Below are positions 7,940 to 16,700 of a stretch of 38,838 bases of DNA, piece by piece. Both the position numbers and the translations under genes were made by a program. The notes below the pieces were generated by a model. That model had not been told where the DNA came from and searched no databases. It worked only from the letters and a program-made list of their open reading frames with translations. Origin of the DNA: a virus. Its lineage: Duplodnaviria; Caudoviricetes. The stretch spans positions 1 to 38,838 of IMG/VR virus record IMGVR_UViG_3300033076_000885; one strand, written 5' to 3'. The first letter of the stretch is position 1. Every line of letters starts with the position of its first letter.

Positions 7940-10723
7940 ATGAACATTCTCAAACTTCAGGATATGCTCAAGGGCCTTCCGGACGCTCGGCTCCAGCAGG
8001 AACTCGACAATCCGACGGGTACTGTCCCGCAGTACCTCGTTCTGTCTGAGGTGGTTCGTCGCCAGAAGATGCGGGAAGAGTTTGCCCCCACACAGGCCCC
8101 GCAGACCACAGTCCTTGACGATGCCAAGGCATCCTTGGCGCCCCGTCCTCCGATGCCGCAAGTTGGCCTTCCGGCTTCTCCGGTTGGCGTTCCCGCTATG
8201 GCTGACGGGGGTTTTGTGAGCCCGTCAGAAGCGTTTGGCAATGCAGGTTTTGGCGGGTTCCCACAGCAGCAGCAACAGAAGCCACAGCCTCCGATGGGGT
8301 CTTTGGCGGGGCCGGTCAATCTTTCTCCCCAGACGATGGCGCCACAGCAGTCTTATCAGCCCCAGCAGCAGCCTACTTCTCAGGCAGCGGGGCCTATGGT
8401 GCAGTTGCAGCAGTATGGCCAGTTGGCTCCTCCGCAGGATCAGAACCAGACTCCCGATAAGCAGCAGAGCTTTGCTCGTGGCGGCGCCGTTCGCATGGGC
8501 GATGGAGAAGATGTGTCTCGCTATATCGAAGCCACTGGTGGTGGCTCCTTGGGCAAGGTTGACCGCAACGATGTGCATGGTATTGCCGGTGGCGCCGGTG
8601 GCCGCATGGGCATTAACATTCCAGCCCTTGAGGGCATGATCCGCGCAGGTCTCCTCGGTGATGTGTCTGGTTACAATCTCAAGACACCCGGCGGTAAGCT
8701 CTCTTCTGTAGACCCTCGCATCTCGGGCGGTGATCTTTCTTACTCCAAGGATGGCCGTGACTACGGCGTCCAGTATCAGGAGTCGGTGACCCCGCAGGGG
8801 AAGAGCGACAAGTCTCTCATGTTCAATTATGCGATGCCGTTTGCTGAGGGTGGCCCAGTTTACCTTGCTGACGGTACACTCCCATTTGATCTTCTCGGTA
8901 AGCTTGAGGGTTTTGCAAAGAATCCCCTTTCCTCCGCATTTGGTTATGGCCAGTTCACCAATGATACTTGGATGGACTACATCAAGGCCAAGCACCCCGA
9001 TCTTCTGAACCAGATGAGCAAGGACGAAATCCTTGCGCTCCGTACCAATCCATCGTTTGGCAAGGAAGCCAACGACTGGAATCAGAATGAGCGCACTGGC
9101 CCGGCACTTGAGAAGGCTGGTATCCCAGTAAACGCGCAGACACTTTATACAGCCCATTTCGCCGGTCCTCGTGGCGCCGTTGACCTTTACAAGGCGGACC
9201 CCAATACGCCGGTTGAAGCTGTTCTTGGCTCCAAGGTTGTCGAGGCCAATCCAAATCTTCGCGGCAAGACTGCGGGGGATGCTATCGCTTGGCTTGAGGG
9301 TAAGGTCAAGACGGGCAATGAGCGCGTTGGCAATCCTGCCGATGCCGCCGCTGGTATTGGCAATGCCGGTCAGGGTTCTTTCCCCGGCGGAAAGTCTACT
9401 GCTCCAGTGAGTGTGGCACCAGATCGGGAGCCGAAGAGCAAACTCTCCAACTTCGTCTCCGACGTTGGCCTTGCCCTCATGAACCAGCAGCCCAATTATG
9501 CGCCTAATGCTGGTATGCTTCGCGGGGCCTCTCCCAAGGCTGCTGCCAGTTATGGTCAGCGTGAGCAATCCATTATTGATGCCTACAAGAAACAGGCTGA
9601 GCTTGAGGCTATGCAGGGTGGTATCCCAACATTCTTTGGCACAGGCATTATGAGCCTTGCTTCCGGTGGCCCGGTCTACCTTGCTAACGGCACTCCAGAA
9701 GGTCTCACCCCTGAGCAAGAGCTTGAGCTTATCAGCAAGATGACGCCAGAGCAGCTTCGGGCTTACCGTGCCGAAAAGTATCTCAAGAGCGACGCCTTTA
9801 AGAAGTGGAAGCAGGGCGTTCAGGGTGTCAACGATATGCTGGGCGGTACGGCAGCTGATGCTGATCGCACAACGGCGCCAGATCGCAGCGGTCTCCCAAC
9901 TCCTGAAGAGGCGGCAGCGGCTAAAATACAATTCGCCACCGGCCCACTTTCCGGCCTCATGACTGATGAGCAAATCATTGCTGCCTCACAGGCCGCTATT
10001 GATTCTGCCGATAAGGCTGGTGTCGGCGGAAAGGGTGACCGACTCACCCCATCGACTAGCGCCCTTCTCGGCAGTGCGTCTGAGCGCCTTCCTCCCCTGA
10101 TGGCTGGTACAAACTATACGCCACCAGCGACTCCGGCTGCGGCTCCACCCAAAGAACCAACAGAACTTGAATTGTACAATCAGTACATGAAACAGGCTTT
10201 GGGGTTGCAGAAGGACTTCATTGACGAGCAACGCCGTGCTGCCGAGGAGGCCAATCAGGGTGGCTTCGGTCAGTTCCTGCGCCGCCTTGGCATTGGTATC
10301 CTTGCGTCGCCCTCGGGCCGCATTCAGGATGCCATCGCTTCCGGTGTCCGCAATGTTGCCACTGCTGGGGAAGCCCAGAAGCAGCAGTATCAGGACCAGA
10401 TGGACAAGATTCGTCAGGCCGAGTTGCAATACGGTCTGGAATCCGCTAAACTTCCATATGAGATTGCGAAACTTACACGCGAGGGTTCTGGTGCCCCAAG
10501 CGCCAGTGAAATCCGCAAGTTCTATGCTGATCAGCTTTCTGATTTGATCAAGCAAAAGACTGAAATACTTAAGAACCCCGACCCGATCAATGGTGTAAAT
10601 ACATCTTATATCGACAGCCAGATTACTGCGATTCAGAATATGCTTCAGCAGTACGGCATCCCAACTGCGGCGATGCCGGTCTCCCCAAGCGACTGGGCTG
10701 CTGCCTCCGCCCCACCTAAATAA
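7940..10723 (+). CDS. Modular ejection protein with lysozyme-like (transglycosylase) domain
   Basis: LEG..KNPLSSAFGYGQFT..TW..LYTAHFAG..GA..ANP motif set at about 8880-9310, Q/P-rich linkers, C-terminal coiled coil. Confidence 0.7.
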   Translation: MNILKLQDMLKGLPDARLQQELDNPTGTVPQYLVLSEVVRRQKMREEFAPTQAPQTTVLDDAKASLAPRPPMPQVGLPASPVGVPAMADGGFVSPSEAFGNAGFGGFPQQQQQKPQPPMGSLAGPVNLSPQTMAPQQSYQPQQQPTSQAAGPMVQLQQYGQLAPPQDQNQTPDKQQSFARGGAVRMGDGEDVSRYIEATGGGSLGKVDRNDVHGIAGGAGGRMGINIPALEGMIRAGLLGDVSGYNLKTPGGKLSSVDPRISGGDLSYSKDGRDYGVQYQESVTPQGKSDKSLMFNYAMPFAEGGPVYLADGTLPFDLLGKLEGFAKNPLSSAFGYGQFTNDTWMDYIKAKHPDLLNQMSKDEILALRTNPSFGKEANDWNQNERTGPALEKAGIPVNAQTLYTAHFAGPRGAVDLYKADPNTPVEAVLGSKVVEANPNLRGKTAGDAIAWLEGKVKTGNERVGNPADAAAGIGNAGQGSFPGGKSTAPVSVAPDREPKSKLSNFVSDVGLALMNQQPNYAPNAGMLRGASPKAAASYGQREQSIIDAYKKQAELEAMQGGIPTFFGTGIMSLASGGPVYLANGTPEGLTPEQELELISKMTPEQLRAYRAEKYLKSDAFKKWKQGVQGVNDMLGGTAADADRTTAPDRSGLPTPEEAAAAKIQFATGPLSGLMTDEQIIAASQAAIDSADKAGVGGKGDRLTPSTSALLGSASERLPPLMAGTNYTPPATPAAAPPKEPTELELYNQYMKQALGLQKDFIDEQRRAAEEANQGGFGQFLRRLGIGILASPSGRIQDAIASGVRNVATAGEAQKQQYQDQMDKIRQAELQYGLESAKLPYEIAKLTREGSGAPSASEIRKFYADQLSDLIKQKTEILKNPDPINGVNTSYIDSQITAIQNMLQQYGIPTAAMPVSPSDWAAASAPPK

Positions 10724-10734
10724 ATAGAGAAAAC

Positions 10735-13700
10735 ATGGCAAAGATTGTTAATGTTCCGGGCGTTGGGAATTATGCTGTTCCCGACAATGCTACTCAACAG
10801 CAAATTGATAATTTCATCCGGAATGTTTCAGCCAATGGTGGCCTGAAGGCACCGTCTGCGCCCCCGCCTGAAGAGGCAACAGGACAGGGCGGCATTCCGC
10901 TTGTCTCCCCTCTGCTTAGCGGTGCCGCGACCGGCATTGCCGAAATCCCCCTCTCTATCTATGGCCTGTTCGATAAGGAAGGCTCACAGGGCGCCCGTAA
11001 GGCTACCTATGATGTGATCCAGCGCGGCCTCGGCATGAACCCAGAGGCTCAGCCCACAACGACAGAATCTGTCCTTGGGGGCATTGGCTCTTTGGTTCCT
11101 ATGCTCGGTGCCTCTGTCCTTACTGAAGGTGCTGCCACTCCGCTTCTTGCTTCTCGTCTTGGCCTTGGCGGGGCCCGTGCGCTTACCGCTGCCGAAGAGG
11201 CTGCGGCTGCTGCCAAGTTGGCTAGTCAGGCTACCATTGCTCGTACTGCCGGTGGTGCTGCCGCCGCCATTCCGCTTGGCATGGGCCAAGGTCAGCAGAT
11301 GGTGCAGCAGTACGAAGAACAGACTGGGAACAAACTCACGCCCGGCCAGTATACCGCCGCCAATCTTCTGAGCGGTGCCGTCGGCGCATTCGACCTTGCC
11401 CCGCTTGAGCGTTGGGCCGCTCCGGTTGCCAAGCTTCTCGAAAAGGTTCCCGCTTCGGAATCCATCGCGGCGTCTAAGATCGTCAATAACGAGAAGTCCA
11501 AGTTCCTTATGGAAGTGGCCAAGGGTGCCGGTATGGAAGGCGGTCAGGAAGCCGTCAGCCAGATCGCGCAGAACCTTGTTGCCGCCGGTATCTATAATCC
11601 AGATCAGGACATCACCGAAAGCGTTGCCAGTAACTTCAGCCTTGGTGCTGGTGTCGGCGGCATGGTTGAAGCCGCTGTCCTTGGTGCCACGGGCATCAAG
11701 AATCGCAGGATGGCTGCGCGTAACGCCCAGCTTCTTGGCGACGCTAACAACACACGCACAACTGCCCGTGCCGCTATTGAGCAGGGCAAGAATGTTCCGA
11801 ATGCTTCGGACATTGCCGGTCTCACACCGGCCCCATCTCCCATCTCTCGTCCTCTTGGTGATATCGCTACAGATATCAAGAACACAAATGCCGAGCTTGA
11901 TCAGGCGAGGCAGAATCTTCAGTTCTTCCAAGCCACAAGCCCGAATACTAAGAGGGCCATCAAGGGTCAGACGATTGACCTTAGCACCCTCACAGAGCCG
12001 GAAGTCCGTGATCTTGCTCGTCGCCTGAAGATCAAGCCGTCGCAGGACGCTGATCTTCGCACGGCGATTACAGAAAAGACAAATCCAGAACGCATTACGC
12101 AGGAGCTTCTCCGCCAGAAGGTGGACACTCTTCAGGCTCGTTCCAATAGCCTCCAGCGTTCCTTTGATATCGGCGCCTCTACTGGCTCCTCTGCGCCCCG
12201 TGAGAACGTCACTGGTAGCCGTTTCCGTGTTGCCCCGGCGCCTATTGCCACGCATGAGCTTAGCCCGGTTGCCAAGAGTGCCGTCTATGGGAATGTGACG
12301 GAGGCTCCGGCTGACGATATTCGTTCCGTTGCGGATGCTGAAATCGCCGTTCGGGCCGCGCTCTCCAAGAAGGAGATTGCAGGACCCCGCCCAGACACAG
12401 ATCAGATGTCTGACCCGGAGATTGCGGCGCTCATCAATGCTGCCAAGATCAAGGTTCAGAAGAACGAAGACCCGCGCATGGCGGTTAGGGCCGCGACTGA
12501 CAATGTAATTAAGCGCGGTATCCTTAAGCAGGAGCTTGATGCCATTCGCCAGAAGGCGAAGGAGCAGGATCGTTTTGCCGTTGTCGAAGATCAGTTTGAC
12601 TCAGAAGGCAAAAAGATCGGTGAGGCAGTTATCAACCGTCACAGGGACGAAGCCGCCGCCAATGAAAGCGCCCAGCTTTTCAATGAGGCCGCTGACCCCC
12701 TGAAGTATCAGGCTCGTGTCGCCCCGATTGGCCGCGCCCTCCGCAATGTTTTGACCGGCATGAACCTGCCGGATGTCGGCATCCAGCTTCAGCAGCGCAT
12801 TGGTAACCCCGGAGAATATATCGAAGGGCAGTATGATCCAGCGGGGAACCTGATCCAGATTGCCACCGGTCTCTATAAGCCCGGCATGACAGAGGCCCAG
12901 CTTGAGGCCAAGATCGTCAGCGTTATGCACCATGAAATCATTCACTCCCTGAAGGAGATGGGTGTTTTCAAGCCGCACGAATGGAACCGTCTGCTCAAGG
13001 CTATCGGCTCCCAGAAGATGCATGGCAAGTTGTATACACCCTTGGATTGGGTGACGCAGCTTCGTACCGATCTGGTTGAGAAGGCCATGAACGGTGACGA
13101 GTCGGCTGCGGAAGAGCTTCACGAAGAAGCCGTTGCTGAAATGTTCCGCGATTGGATGGCCAATGGCCGGACCCCGACCCCGGTTGGCGGTCTGCTTTCT
13201 CGCATTCTTAATATCATCAAGCGCATCGTCGGCGTCTCCCGCACCCACAAGGCGGAAGGCATCTTCCGGGCAATTGCCTCTGGCAAGATTGGCGCCCGTG
13301 AGCGCGTGGCTCGGGAAGCCCCACAGGTGGCCACAGAGGCCCCTTCGGCCCCGTCCGCACCAACCACTGCCGCCCCCGTCGAAACAGCCCCCAGCGCGGC
13401 TCCTGTGGCCCCGGAAGAGCCCGTCATCAAGGGTATGCGGTTTGCTCCACGTCCCTCTGAGACCGGCGCCGAGATGGCTCCGGCCCCGTCCCCGGTTGAC
13501 CTTCGCCTTCCTCCATCTGAGCGTGTGTCTCAGGCCGCTGGTATCGCAGAAGCTGCGCGTCCCGTGTGGGAGCGTTCCGTGTCTGGCCCAATGGCGCCAG
13601 AGATTGCTCCTGCCATTCAGGCGGTTCCGGACATTTTCAAGGGCGTTAAGTTCTCCAAGGTTAATCTATCTAAAGAAGCAGACAAGGCGTTTAGGGAATT

Positions 13701-16700
13701 GGCTAGGGCGCAGCAAAGCGGTGACCCTGAAATGTATATGGAATTTGCACAAAAGGCGCTAAGGGAGTATGAAAGCGGCCCTGCTCTGACATACGCAATG
13801 GAGCATGTCGGTGACTTGACGCACCGCATGGGACAGTACGGCAATGAATATCCTCAATATGAATTTGGCATAGAGTACGTTGCGCCGAAAGTTAGAACTG
13901 GTTTGCGTGTTGTAACAAATCCAGTTGATGCAGAAAGAATAGCAAAGCTCCCTGACGATCCAACATTGAAAAACTATGCGGATGCTCACGCAAAACTAAA
14001 AGTTTACAATGAGGCGCAGAGGGCGGCTCGTGATGCTGCCGTTTCCCTTGGTCGTAAGGACCTAAAAGAAGCAGAAAGAAATCTACTCATCCTTCAGAAG
14101 ATGATTGATAACGGAACCTATGTAGAAGTTGCTGGTTCCTATGACCCGAATTATGAGGACAATAGCAAGAAGTTGTCCAAGGTCAACATCAACAAGCTGG
14201 ACCCGGCAGACTATATGCCGCGCGACTTCCTGCCTATCTCCACAATTAACCTGCTGCACCGGGCGCAGGGTCCGGGTCTTAGTGAGCGTTTTAAGGGTGG
14301 CTATCGGAACAAGCTTGAGGCGGGGCGCTATATTCAGTCGCTCTACGAAGCCATGCGCGAAGAGGTCCGCAAACGTGGTGGGAATCTGCCAACAGACATG
14401 ACAGCCCAGAACGATGAGAATGCCGATTTGATTTCGGATGTTCTCACTGGCGAAGCCGTTGCCGCGCTTCAAAAGGCCGACAATGCGATTGGCTGGTATG
14501 ATGCCAAGCTAAAGGCGGCTAAGCGCGTAATGGCGCTTATCCACCCAGAAATCCTCACCAATCCAGAAATGGAGGCTGCGTTTGATGCAGCCATTGCCAT
14601 CACATCAAATGGCATGGCTGTGGTTGACAACTTCCGCGAGGGCCTCCGGCAGTACGAATACTACAAGAAGCACAAGCGTTTTCAGGAAGTCGGGACCGGT
14701 GATCAGGGTAGTGCGATGGCCACGCATTTTGCGCGGCTCAATTACATCCTGAAGGAACTTGGCGTCAAGGATGCCAATCGCTTCCTCGTGACCGAATATA
14801 CCGTTGGTGAGCTTCGCCGGATGGGGTGGCCGATTAGCGGCGAAAACGTAGACACAAAGGTCTACGGGAGCTTTATCTTTGGCCCGAAGATTGGTCAGGG
14901 TTTCTACCAGAACCTCCGTGGCAATTACGATCCACTTACGATGGACCGTTGGTTCATGCGTATGTGGAATCGCATTACCGGAAACCCATTTAAGACCCCC
15001 AAGTCTGAAGAGCGGATGCTTGAGAACCGGCTTAACATCAAGCGGGAAATCCTTAACGATAAGGAAATTTCCAAGGTTGACCGGAAGATTATTGATGAGG
15101 CTGGTAAACTTTTCTTCGGGAAGACAAAGTTCAAAGGTCTTGTGAAGTCTCTCAACCCCAACACAGATGCTGGGGCGGAGAAGCTTGATAACTTTGTCAA
15201 AGCTATTGAACGTCGCTACCAGTCTTATTACACAAAGTTTAACAAGGAAAAGACCGACAAGGCGCTCAAGCCAGAAAAGAGCGACCTGATGAAGGCTATT
15301 GGCACACACGTTGATAACGTCAACGGTGAGCTTCAGGAAGACCCGCGCAATGGAACTGAGCGTGAATACATCCGTCAGGTTGTTTCCCGCGCCATTGATA
15401 AGCTTGGGCGTCTCGGCATCAAGATCAACACAGCCGATTTCCAAGCCTTGGTTTGGTATCCAGAAAAACAGTTGTGGCGGGAGCGGTTTGGTGTTAAGCC
15501 GGGCCGTGGCGAGGATAATGATTACGCCGACGCCGCAAAAATTGTAGCGAAAGAAAAGGGCATCAGTGATGCAAAAATCCAAAACGCACTCTCCGCAGGT
15601 AACCGAAAGGGAGTCGGTGCTGCTGTCAATGCCGGAAGAGGAGTTCCGGGCAGCAGTGCAAAACCTCAAGAATCACTTCGCAAGGGATTCACAGGTAAGC
15701 AAAAAGAACAACTGACGGAAGAGCTTAAGAAGCGTAAACTCTTCTCAGCCGTTGATGTGGGCGTTCCTCTTTCTCCGGAATTGCAGGAAGCCTTCAACAA
15801 CTCGTTTGCTCCCCGCGTTCAGAAGTCTTTCTTCGAGTCCCTGACCGATCTGTTCACGGGCGACAGCCTTCTGCGGATGACGACCAACATCTTCGACAAG
15901 GACGCAATCAACCTGTTCACGGAAGAGCGCCTGAACGGGCAGCGCCTTACTGGTGCCTACTCTGCGACAGTTGCTGTCCATATGGCCCGTCGTGCTGGTA
16001 CTGTTGGCGCGGCTGCAATCTTCAATGGTGTTGCCCCCGTCCAGTTCAAGGAGAAGGGGAACATCCTCTCTGCCTATATCCGCTCGGCCAACCCCGGCGA
16101 GAACAAGGATGCCATCGCTAAGTTCATGGCTCCCATCTATAAGAACGGGCTCCAGAAGCAATTCGCCCTTTACGGCATCGCCAAACGCGCCAAGTCCAAG
16201 CCCGGCATGAAGATTGTCAACATGGACGAGGCTCAGATTGATGCGGCCATCCGTCTTGGCAATCAGCATCCAGAGGTCAAGGAAGCCTTCGAGGCTTACC
16301 AGCGGCACAACCGCAACCTGATCAATATGGTTGTGGAGTCAGGGCGCATTGCTCCGGAAGAGGCTGACGCTATGCTGGAAGACCTCAACTACTACGGCGC
16401 CTATCGCGTCTATAAGGATGAGGCTTATACCCCCAAGACCGGCGGAAGCATTGGCAGCGGCAGCAAGATCGAGAAGCTCTCGGGCATGAGCGACGAGAAG
16501 ATTCTTGATGACCCGATTGAAATCATGATCCGCAACCAGATGTTCTGGATCAATGCCGCGATGAAGAACATTGCCGCCATCAAGTCTGCCAACCTCGCCG
16601 TGACGGCGCAGGAAGCCAAGCTTGTTAAGGGCGACGTTCCTGCCGGTGCCTACACGATGGTTGCCTACGAGAACGGCAAGAAGAAGACCTATATGTTTGA

